A stretch of 64,000 nt of DNA from Methanotrichaceae archaeon (GTDB lineage Archaea; Halobacteriota; Methanosarcinia; Methanotrichales; Methanotrichaceae): assembly GCA_022865315.1 (NCBI GenBank), contig JALHSR010000285.1, positions 1,626 through 65,625 on the forward strand, read 5' to 3'. This document shows, one piece after another, positions 9,164 to 17,855 of this stretch. Every line of letters starts with the position of its first letter. Positions within the stretch are counted from its first letter, which is position 1. The translations under genes were made by a program, and so were the position numbers. The notes below the pieces were generated by a model. The model searched no databases, was not told the origin of the DNA, and saw nothing but the letters and a program-made list of their open reading frames with translations.

Positions 9164-10618
9164 ATGAAGGTATTATTATTATCGTCGCCAATTGTCCAGA
9201 AGGACTTTGATCGCATAGCCAGGATACCTAATTTAGGTTTAGTTTCCCTAGCAGCTCATGTTGATGATATTTGTACAATTCACGTTGCTGATTTGCATGG
9301 CATCGAGAACTATCGAGACTATTTTAGATCAATAGTCAATGAATACGACATTATTGGGATGAGTTGCATGAGTTTCCAGTATCACGAAGCCATGAATTTG
9401 GCTGCCGTCGCAAAGGGATCGGGCGCAGAGACGGTTCTCGGGGGGTATCATCCTACTTTAGCTTTCAAGGAGATTGGAGAGTCAAAGAACGCAATGTTCA
9501 TTGATTATATCATCCGTGGAGAGGGCGAAGCTACATTTCGAGAGCTCGTAAAGGCAAAGCTGGACGGTGGCAGCCTGAAAGAAATATTGGGACTATCTTA
9601 TCATGATGGAGGAAGGATGATCCACAATCCGTCCAGGCCTTTGCTCAAAGTGGATGAGATCGAGATGCCGTATCGCGATTCTAGGCTGATTACCGAAGGC
9701 TTTACAAGTTTTGATGTGCCAATCGATTCCGTAGAAACAAGTAGAGGTTGCACTCAAGGGTGCAAGTTCTGTAGCATCAATCTTATGTATGGACGCTACT
9801 TTCGACGCTTTTCGATAAAACGGGTGATTGAAGATATCAAAGATGCTGAAGTGCATGGCGCGGGATCGATATTCTTCCCGGACGATAATATTACTCTTGA
9901 CGTAAAGAGATTGGAAAACCTGTGTCAGGCTATAATTGATGCTGGCCTAACTCATCTAAGATATAAGACTCAAGCATCGGCATCGGGAATAGCATCAAGC
10001 AAAAATCTAGTAGACAAGATGGCGGATGCAGGTTTTGATGGAGTCTTTTTGGGCGTGGAAAGCACAAATAGTAGAAATTTGCAATTTCTTGGCAAAGGTC
10101 GCATGTCTGAAGATGTAGAAAAAGCCATCCAATATCTAAATGATAATAATATAATAGTCTCTACAGGCCTAATTGGTGGCAATCCGGAGGACAATGAAGA
10201 AGACATTTGGCAAAATTTCCATTTGGCACGTCGACTTAAGGTGGATTTTCCTATTTTCTATATTAGCACTCCTTATCCGAAGACCCAACTGAGGGCTGAG
10301 CTGAATGAAATGGGCTTTGTGACCAGCAATGATTTGACAAAATACGATGGATTACATGCTAATATACGCACGAGATTCTTAAGCGACGAAGAGATACAAT
10401 ATATAACCTGGCAAATGAATGCCCGTTACTACGATCTTGATTGGCTCAAGTATAATAAAGTGAAACGTCTTTATCCCAAATGGTTTTTCCGGGAAATGTT
10501 AAGATTGGCACCTTTGCATGCGAGACGAAAATTAGCCTTGATTCTAAAACTGCGCAAATCAAAAGATTTCTTTTTCGAGGATATGGAACGAGGGGAGTTA
10601 TGCAAGGGAGTAACTTGA
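9164..10618 (+). CDS. Cobalamin-dependent radical SAM protein (class B methyltransferase/BchE-like)
   Basis: PNLGLVSLAA, DIIGMS, VLGGYHPT, IRGEGE, SRGCTQGCKFC, FPDDNI, TPYPKT. Confidence 0.9.
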   Translation: MKVLLLSSPIVQKDFDRIARIPNLGLVSLAAHVDDICTIHVADLHGIENYRDYFRSIVNEYDIIGMSCMSFQYHEAMNLAAVAKGSGAETVLGGYHPTLAFKEIGESKNAMFIDYIIRGEGEATFRELVKAKLDGGSLKEILGLSYHDGGRMIHNPSRPLLKVDEIEMPYRDSRLITEGFTSFDVPIDSVETSRGCTQGCKFCSINLMYGRYFRRFSIKRVIEDIKDAEVHGAGSIFFPDDNITLDVKRLENLCQAIIDAGLTHLRYKTQASASGIASSKNLVDKMADAGFDGVFLGVESTNSRNLQFLGKGRMSEDVEKAIQYLNDNNIIVSTGLIGGNPEDNEEDIWQNFHLARRLKVDFPIFYISTPYPKTQLRAELNEMGFVTSNDLTKYDGLHANIRTRFLSDEEIQYITWQMNARYYDLDWLKYNKVKRLYPKWFFREMLRLAPLHARRKLALILKLRKSKDFFFEDMERGELCKGVT

Positions 10619-10831
10619 AAAAGACATTTAAATATATAATTATTTTACGATTTCAATTAAAAGTTAATAAGTTTAATTGTATTAATTTCTTCTACATTTT
10701 TGATTATTAACGGATTACGATCTTCAAGCTTTAAAATCTCTTTTTTGTATTACAAAGAATTTTTTGGATTTTTTCTGACATCATACCGGCAAAATCTATA
10801 CTCTCCAATGATACCTAGAATATGTATCTCT

Positions 10832-11512
10832 ATGAAGCTAGGTGTATTGTTCTCCGGTGGCAAGGATTCTGTCTTCGCATGCTATAGGGCAATGGAAAAG
10901 AACCAAGTTGTTTGCCTGATAACCATGATATCCGAGAATCCAGATAGCTATATGTTCCATACACCTAATATAAGGCAAACGAATCTGCAGGCAGAAGCTA
11001 TTGGGATCCCCTTGATTCCGTGGTCTACACTGGGCGAGAAAGAGAAGGAGCTAGTGGATCTGAGAAATGCTATCATTGTGGCTCGGAATAGGTTTGGCAT
11101 CCAGGGAATTGTAACGGGAGCCGTCGAGTCTATTTATCAAGCCGCTCGTATTCAAAAAATTTGCTGTGATTTGGATATGTGGTGCTTCAATCCACTTTGG
11201 CAAATTAATCAAATTGAATATCTCTATACATTATATTCATTAGGTTTCAAGGTTTTAATAACAGGCGTTTTCGCATATCCATTTGACGCTTCTTGGGTGG
11301 GGGCTATCTTAGTCGAGGAAAAAATTAAGAAACTTGAAAAGCTTCAACAGGAATACAAAATAAATCCTTCAGGTGAAGGTGGCGAATTTGAGACTTTCGT
11401 CCTTGATGGACCAATATTTAGGAAGCGTATTGAGATTATCAAGGCATCGAAAAGCTATGAAAATTTTAGAGGGCATTTTATCTTGAATGAGACGCATTTG
11501 GTCGATAAATGA
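10832..11512 (+). CDS. dph6: Diphthine--ammonia ligase family ATP pyrophosphatase (MJ0570/Dph6)
   Basis: MKLGVLFSGGKDS PP-loop, SYMFH, GAVESIYQ, PLW, GEGGEFETFVLDGPIF. Start set at ATG 10832. Confidence 0.85.
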   Translation: MKLGVLFSGGKDSVFACYRAMEKNQVVCLITMISENPDSYMFHTPNIRQTNLQAEAIGIPLIPWSTLGEKEKELVDLRNAIIVARNRFGIQGIVTGAVESIYQAARIQKICCDLDMWCFNPLWQINQIEYLYTLYSLGFKVLITGVFAYPFDASWVGAILVEEKIKKLEKLQQEYKINPSGEGGEFETFVLDGPIFRKRIEIIKASKSYENFRGHFILNETHLVDK

Positions 11513-12060
11513 TATTGCTTGTGGACCTGTGTTTTGAAAAAAATTCGCTCAGCAAATATGAATTCGTCTTGCCGATAGAAGACACCCTAAAACATGCTGG
11601 AGCTATGTGTGATATACTTCATTATACGGAGATTTGCAATGATAAACTTGAAAGATGTGATAAAATAATTCTCTGCGGAACGGCTTTGAAAAATAATGCT
11701 TTTGCCATGAACCTGAAATCGTTTTCTTGGATTAATGGATTTGCCAAGCCCATTCTCGGCATATGTGCGGGGATGCAGGTCATCGCCTACGTTTATGGTG
11801 GTAGCATAATAACCAGCAAATCCATCGGTTTGGAGACAATTGAAATTATTCGTGAAACTTACTTGTTTGGAGTGCCAAGGAAAATCGAAGGATACCATCT
11901 TCACAGTTGCGGAGTTACTTTGCCAAGAGAATTTGAACTATTGGCAGGTACGAAAAATAAAGCTGAGGCTTTTAAGCACCATTCTCAGCCAATTTATGGC
12001 ATAATTTTCCATCCCGAAGTTAGAAATAAGTGGATATTGGAGCGGTTTATAAAAATATAA
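11509..12060 (+). CDS. Stand-alone class I glutamine amidotransferase
   Basis: PILGICAGMQ nucleophile elbow and FHPE give an intact Cys-His-Glu triad. ATG overlaps the dph6 stop (ATGA). Confidence 0.85.
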   Translation: MILLVDLCFEKNSLSKYEFVLPIEDTLKHAGAMCDILHYTEICNDKLERCDKIILCGTALKNNAFAMNLKSFSWINGFAKPILGICAGMQVIAYVYGGSIITSKSIGLETIEIIRETYLFGVPRKIEGYHLHSCGVTLPREFELLAGTKNKAEAFKHHSQPIYGIIFHPEVRNKWILERFIKI

Positions 12061-12632
12061 GAAAATAGATATTATACTTAAAATTCTATATCTGACGTAA
12101 ATCTTGATATCTATTTGCCAATAATGTGATTTGCTTTTCAACTTTGGGAACTACTTTTTGATAGCCATCGCAATTGAGTCTAAAGTCACTTTTGCATAGA
12201 AGCTAAGCATGCATCACCTGCAAGTGAATCCGGAAACTTCCTTATCGACCGATAATAGAGTTCCATATATGATTAAATATAAGTCGACTAATTTAGACAA
12301 CGGAACGCTATAGATTTAGTCAAAGCAAGAATAGCAGATGATTGAAGCTATATAGCAATAATCGAACGATTCTTACGCAAAAAATTTTATATAAATTTGG
12401 GTAAGTATCTCTTTTCAATCTCTTGTGCCTGCAATGCAGAAAGCAACGATCCAAGAAAATTAGTCGTCAAGAGGACTCATAACGATATTTTTAATATTAA
12501 TCAGCTTTTTAGTGTTAGTAGTTGTATAAAATAATTTTTGAAATATATTTTGACATAACGAGTAAAGATAATGGTGCTATCGGAACCTTTCTTCCTTCGA
12601 AACCAATTTATTTGATGAATCGTTATTAACGC

Positions 12633-13820
12633 ATGATGCAAGACTATTCCATAAACCAGTTTCTCGCTATCGCAGGAACCCCTAACTTGGATATAGAAAT
12701 CTGCGATGTTACAATGAGGGATGGTGAGCAAATGCCAGGAGTGGTCTTCAGTCCTGACGAAAAGCTGGATATTGCCTTGCGACTGGATGAAATTGGGGTA
12801 GATGTCATTGAAGCTGGCTTTCCGGTTGTATCTACGGCAGAGATGATAGCGGTGAGGGAAGTCTGCAATTTAGGACTCAATGCTAAGATTTCCGCGCTTT
12901 CAAGGTCGGTTAAACGGGATGTCGATGCTGCCTTGGATTGTGGCGTTGATATGGTATGTGTTTTTATTGCCACTTCAGAGCTGCATCTGAAGCATAAGCT
13001 GAGGATGAGCTGTCCGGAAGCTATCAAATGCGCTCTCGATACTGTGGAATATGCCAAGGATCATGGCCTAATAGTACGTTTCTCGGCCGAGGATGCTACA
13101 AGGACTGACTTGGAAACTCTAAAAAAATTATATAAAAAGGCTGAGGAGTATCACGCCGATTATGTGAGCGTAGCTGATACTGTCGGTATTATGAATCCTC
13201 GAACGATGTATTATTTGATCAGTGAAATTAAAAAAGTCGTAACGATCCCAATATGCATGCATTGCCACGACGATATGGGATTGGCTTTGGCAAACACGCT
13301 ATCTGGCGCGGAGGCTGGAGCATATCAGCTCCACACGACTGTTAATGGCATTGGAGAACGGGCTGGGAACACTCCTCTTGAAGAGCTTTTGGTTTCACTC
13401 AGGCTGCAATATAATATAGACCAATATGATCTGAGCAAGCTTAAGGATGTATCAAGGCTGATTGAGTCTTACTCCGGTGTTTCAGTGCCAAAGAATAAAG
13501 CGATTGTTGGATCTAATGCATTTGCGCATGAGTCAGGCATTCATGTGGCTGCCGTTTTGGAGGAACCCAGGACTTATGAGCTCTTCTCGCCAGAAATGGT
13601 GGGGGCAGCGAGGCATATAATTATAGGCAAACATACGGGTGCCAAAGCTCTAAGGTACATAACTCAGCGAATGGGCTATCGGCTAAAAGATAATGAGCTC
13701 ATAGTCTTGGCTGAAAAAGTCAAAATGTGCAGCGAGTTAAAGCGGCCTATCAACTGCGAGGAGTTGAGAAAATTGATCCTAGGAATGGAAAATGTTGATA
13801 TCATTTATCCGGGGCCTTGA
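12633..13820 (+). CDS. aksA: Homocitrate synthase family protein (AksA-like, coenzyme B pathway; no LeuA regulatory domain)
   Basis: DVTMRDGEQMPG, HCHDDMGLA, NGIGERAGN, FAHESGIH, GKHTG; 395 aa. Confidence 0.7.
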   Translation: MMQDYSINQFLAIAGTPNLDIEICDVTMRDGEQMPGVVFSPDEKLDIALRLDEIGVDVIEAGFPVVSTAEMIAVREVCNLGLNAKISALSRSVKRDVDAALDCGVDMVCVFIATSELHLKHKLRMSCPEAIKCALDTVEYAKDHGLIVRFSAEDATRTDLETLKKLYKKAEEYHADYVSVADTVGIMNPRTMYYLISEIKKVVTIPICMHCHDDMGLALANTLSGAEAGAYQLHTTVNGIGERAGNTPLEELLVSLRLQYNIDQYDLSKLKDVSRLIESYSGVSVPKNKAIVGSNAFAHESGIHVAAVLEEPRTYELFSPEMVGAARHIIIGKHTGAKALRYITQRMGYRLKDNELIVLAEKVKMCSELKRPINCEELRKLILGMENVDIIYPGP

Positions 13821-14057
13821 ATTTTGCTCTTGCACTTGGCAAGTTTCGTGTATCCAATCAAATTATGTTTATATCAGTTAATTGTTTCTATAAATCATAG
13901 GCTTTTATTAATCTTTAAATGCAAGTCCGTTCATTTGTAATAATGCGTATTCAATACAATCGGTAATTCCGATATATAGTATTGAAATTGCAGACATCAA
14001 ATCCTGTTTAGGGCTTATGTAAGATTATGCAGAAATCAAGGAAATGCAAGGGCGAAA

Positions 14058-15272
14058 TCAATAAGGGCTATTATTAAGAACTGATTCATACAATTCCTTA
14101 TATCCTTTGGCTACCGACTCGAAAGTGAAATTAGCACTTATATCCTTTGCATTCATCATCATTTTCTTTAGCCTTTGTCTATCTGCAATCAATTTTAATA
14201 TATATTCTAAAACTTCATCATTGCTGGTCGATCTATCAAATAGCAGGGCGCACTTTGCCATTTCATCTTTTCGTTCGATATCAGCTCTTATTATTGGCAC
14301 TGTTCCGCATATCAAATATTCGAAGACCTTATTTGGCGAGCATTTCACCCAGTAGCAAGAGTCGGGCTTCATCAGATAGAGCCCTAGATGTGATCTTGTT
14401 GTCAATTCAATGGTTTCTTCTCTTTGCACATAACCCAAAAAGCAAAATTTTCCACTGTATTTACTGGAAAACTCGCGAACCTTTGTCTCCAACTTGGCAT
14501 CGAGAATCCGTCCTCCTAGAAGAAACCTGGATCCAAAGGATTCAACTGCTTCTTGACCTATTCTAATCATTAGATCGATATCTCTGTCAAAATTTTTATC
14601 AAGAGAGCCAATATAGCTTATCACAATATCTGTGTATTGATTCAATGAATTGATCTTATCCATGATAGTTTTTTCATTGTAATCATAAATAGATGGATAG
14701 TTCGGTACAGGTACAATTATGGCCTTTGGAAATAATTGTCTTGTTTTAGATAGATGCTCGTTTGAAACTATTACCACTGCGGATATCTGTCTTATTGAAA
14801 GCTGTTCTAGGGCTCGAGCAACATTGATTCCGCAATCCTTGTGCGAGCTCTCGTAGAGTTCATGTCGGTCGTAAACAAGTTTCCATCCATAATGCCTTTT
14901 AACCAAATTAGAGGCTACTGGCAATAGAATTGGATCATGAACGTGCACTATCGTAGGTTTAAACAAGTTGAGTCCAAGCTCATTGATTGTTTTCTCTGTC
15001 TTGCTGACAATAGCTTTCCCCATAAGATACGAAGTATTTAGGATTCTCCTTTTAATCCCTTTATTTTTATTAAATATATAAAATAAATCAAGTCCCGAAC
15101 AGGCTTCTCCATATCTAGATGAGCAATCCCACTCTCTTGAAACAGAGTCGTAGAAATTATAATTTACCCGATAGACATCAAAACTATTTCCTATCAGGTA
15201 TCGGAGATGCCTTCCGATCCTGGAGTCCTCAATAGAATGGGAATCTAATACTAGAACATTCATCAATTTCAT
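14058..15272 (-). CDS. Glycosyltransferase family 4
   Basis: D.R...H at the N-terminus, HVHD, YDRHE, PNYP, YIGS, SPNKVFEYL..G.P. Confidence 0.8.
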   Translation of the reverse strand: MKLMNVLVLDSHSIEDSRIGRHLRYLIGNSFDVYRVNYNFYDSVSREWDCSSRYGEACSGLDLFYIFNKNKGIKRRILNTSYLMGKAIVSKTEKTINELGLNLFKPTIVHVHDPILLPVASNLVKRHYGWKLVYDRHELYESSHKDCGINVARALEQLSIRQISAVVIVSNEHLSKTRQLFPKAIIVPVPNYPSIYDYNEKTIMDKINSLNQYTDIVISYIGSLDKNFDRDIDLMIRIGQEAVESFGSRFLLGGRILDAKLETKVREFSSKYSGKFCFLGYVQREETIELTTRSHLGLYLMKPDSCYWVKCSPNKVFEYLICGTVPIIRADIERKDEMAKCALLFDRSTSNDEVLEYILKLIADRQRLKKMMMNAKDISANFTFESVAKGYKELYESVLNNSPY

Positions 15273-15291
15273 CGAAGAAAAGGCTTTTTTA

Positions 15292-15330
15292 GCTTTTTAA
15301 ATTGATCGATCGATGATCAATTAAAAAAGC
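15292..15330. repeat. 16-bp inverted repeat (1 mismatch) with 7-nt spacer
   Basis: GCTTTTTAAATTGATC-GATCGAT-GATCAATTAAAAAAGC, 20 bp upstream of the GT4 start. Confidence 0.6.
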
Positions 15331-16023
15331 CTAATAATTGAATTTACATCCGTGTGATTGCCATTTCAGATATTGTGTTTGGACAATTTATTTCTGCGGA
15401 CTGAAACGGAAGAGTTAGAAGGAAATCTTTGGAAGATTACTGAATCTTCTGTAAATTGATACTAAGCAGGAGAATAAGCCATATCTCTTCAATGATGAAA
15501 ATTGCTCAAGGTTAGAATCGATTTGAGATGCATGTTTAGGGATTTTCTCGTCATCACAGGAGTTCTTGAAGACGTTTATTGAGCGGGGGAATGTTTCCCA
15601 ATGATTGAAGAATTTATCTCCGACAAGTCCTGATAGTTATAAATGAAATGGCTGATTAGCAAAAATATTAACCATAGGTTGAAGTAGCTTTAGGATATAG
15701 GGCAGGTAACTTACAGAATTCTGGGATAAACCGGAAATATTTGGTTTTATCCTTTTTATTCTTGAATCCCAGAAAATAAAGATCTATTAGGCCCTCTGCA
15801 GATTGCGGTTATTAGAATTTTATTTTTGTAATTATTATATGATAGTTTCAAAAAAATGGCAGATGGCACATTAGTGGCAAATGCCCTAATATGAGCTCAG
15901 GCTTTTTTAATATTTGCGGCTTTAATCCAGCTTGAATATCAAACGAGAATCTTTTGCTTCGTCTCATATTTTATCATTGCCTGGTCTAAGACCTTTCGTA
16001 TAAATTTCAATAAGAAGTTAAGT

Positions 16024-16794
16024 TCAACTTTTTCTCTTTAACAAGATTATATTATTATATGGTTTCATAATTCCACATATTTGCTTGATGAAGCGATCGA
16101 TTAGCATTAATGCGCCAAATGCATGCATGGTTATTCTTGGTGGATAAAGAGCTTCGCCGCCACATTTATCGCATCTCGCAAATTCCGAATATGAATATGC
16201 TCCGAATTTATGCATTAATTTAACAAGTTTTGAATTTGTCGGAATATGGTATGCAGAATATTCGTCTCTCCTCAATTCATACTCAGGGAACTCTTTTGCA
16301 AACCATTTTGCGTTAAAACTGCGATAATGATGACTTATATGAAATTTATTTTTGCAAAGTGAACATTTTGATAGATCTATATCAAGATCCTCTAGATAAG
16401 GCGTTCCAATTAATAAATAATTAGCTTTCAATTTTTTTATTTCCTTGATAGCTTGTTGAAATGATGAGTCATCAAGATGTTCAAAAACTTCTGTAGAAAG
16501 AACTAAATCGAATTTCATGTTTTTAATCGGGAGCGATTCAATGCTTGCTTGAATAGCATTTTTCGATAAATAATTTAAAGGCGTTCGTGCAAAATCGATA
16601 CCCACAACAAATGGTTTCTGAATATAATTTGTAACGATCCCTTTTCCGCAACCTACATCTAGAATTGAATTTGCGTCATTTGGTATTAATTCCAATATTG
16701 TTTCTGCCCGCTCAACTTCTAACGGATTGGCTTCTTGCTTATCCCAAACTCCTATTTGATTATAATATCTCAACTCAATTTTCTTCAATTTCAA
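16024..16794 (-). CDS. Class I SAM-dependent methyltransferase
   Basis: ILDVGCGKG, GIDF, FDLVLSTEVFEHL; two CxxC pairs in the C-terminal half. Confidence 0.85.
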   Translation of the reverse strand: MKLKKIELRYYNQIGVWDKQEANPLEVERAETILELIPNDANSILDVGCGKGIVTNYIQKPFVVGIDFARTPLNYLSKNAIQASIESLPIKNMKFDLVLSTEVFEHLDDSSFQQAIKEIKKLKANYLLIGTPYLEDLDIDLSKCSLCKNKFHISHHYRSFNAKWFAKEFPEYELRRDEYSAYHIPTNSKLVKLMHKFGAYSYSEFARCDKCGGEALYPPRITMHAFGALMLIDRFIKQICGIMKPYNNIILLKRKS

Positions 16795-16935
16795 TCTTCC
16801 TATATTTTTTGGATAATCAGATGAGTAAATGAAGTCTCCAAATTGCCAAATTTTATCCGAGATCCACTTCTTCTTTTTGTGTAAAGCCGCTCGAATAGCT
16901 CGTTAGATCAAGACTTGATGAGCTCTTGTATTTTA

Positions 16936-17853
16936 TCATTCTAAATAAATATCGTTGATCATCCTTGCAATTTTATTTGAATCATGGGATTGTTCCACAA
17001 AATTGCGAGCTCTTAGTCCTATTTTTTTCCTTAGAGCACTATCTTCCAAGAGAATTCTCAAATTCTCCTTCAAATTGTCGACGGACGTATTAATTAGAGC
17101 AGAAGCTGAAAGTAATGATTCGAGATCTTTTTTTATATAAACGCATACAGGCTTTCCCAATGCCATGCACTCAATTGCAAAAACACCATACCAACCCACA
17201 AGAAGTTGATCCACTGCTATATCGGCTTTTCCATATTGGCTTATTGCTTCGTGATATGACTGATTCTCGATTAGTACCATTTCGACGTTGTAGCCTTCTT
17301 TTTTCAGCTCGCCTATCGCCCTAATCACATGATCAGTCCCTTTAACGGTCCTGTCGCTTGGAGCATGCACGACTCTAAGACTTCCTGAATGCTCTTTTGC
17401 CCCAATATATTGGAGCTTTTGGAGATCGATAGGATTGGGAATCCATATGGCATTTGGGGACCACTCCAAAAGGTCTGGAGTAGATACAAAAATGTGGTTG
17501 GCGAACTTAGAGTAAAAAAATGCTTCGCCTCTTTGTCTGATGTCGTCTCCATGATGATGCAACACGATTTTTTTCCCTAGCCTTTTCCAGATTGGAAGAT
17601 CTATCCCAAAAGGGACAGCGGAAGACCAGTGAAAGTGAAAAATATCGTAACTTTCTGCAATTGTGTAAAGTGATCCCAACCTTTCCGCATATTTTAAGGG
17701 AAAAGGAAGTTTTGTTGGACGGTAAATATCAACTTCGTATTTGAATGCATGAGGTTGGAATGAAATGACATCGCTCTTAAGTCCTAGCTTCCTTTGAGCC
17801 TTTGAAAGTTCTTGAGGAACACTGGCAATATTGCCTATATGAAGAACGCGCAT
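16936..17853 (-). CDS. Glycosyltransferase family 4
   Basis: MRVLHI, DIFHFH, HHHGDD, HAPS...KGT, G.FAIECMALGKPV. Confidence 0.85.
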   Translation of the reverse strand: MRVLHIGNIASVPQELSKAQRKLGLKSDVISFQPHAFKYEVDIYRPTKLPFPLKYAERLGSLYTIAESYDIFHFHWSSAVPFGIDLPIWKRLGKKIVLHHHGDDIRQRGEAFFYSKFANHIFVSTPDLLEWSPNAIWIPNPIDLQKLQYIGAKEHSGSLRVVHAPSDRTVKGTDHVIRAIGELKKEGYNVEMVLIENQSYHEAISQYGKADIAVDQLLVGWYGVFAIECMALGKPVCVYIKKDLESLLSASALINTSVDNLKENLRILLEDSALRKKIGLRARNFVEQSHDSNKIARMINDIYLE

Positions 17854-17855
17854 GA

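Noticed and set aside
10700..10831. Long N-terminal extensions in the ORF track for dph6 (also atpD 44460, thermosome 57156, cyclase 58912, WbpD-like 28153)
   Set aside because: Extensions are non-conserved-looking and run through promoter or upstream-gene sequence; downstream ATGs match the family N-termini
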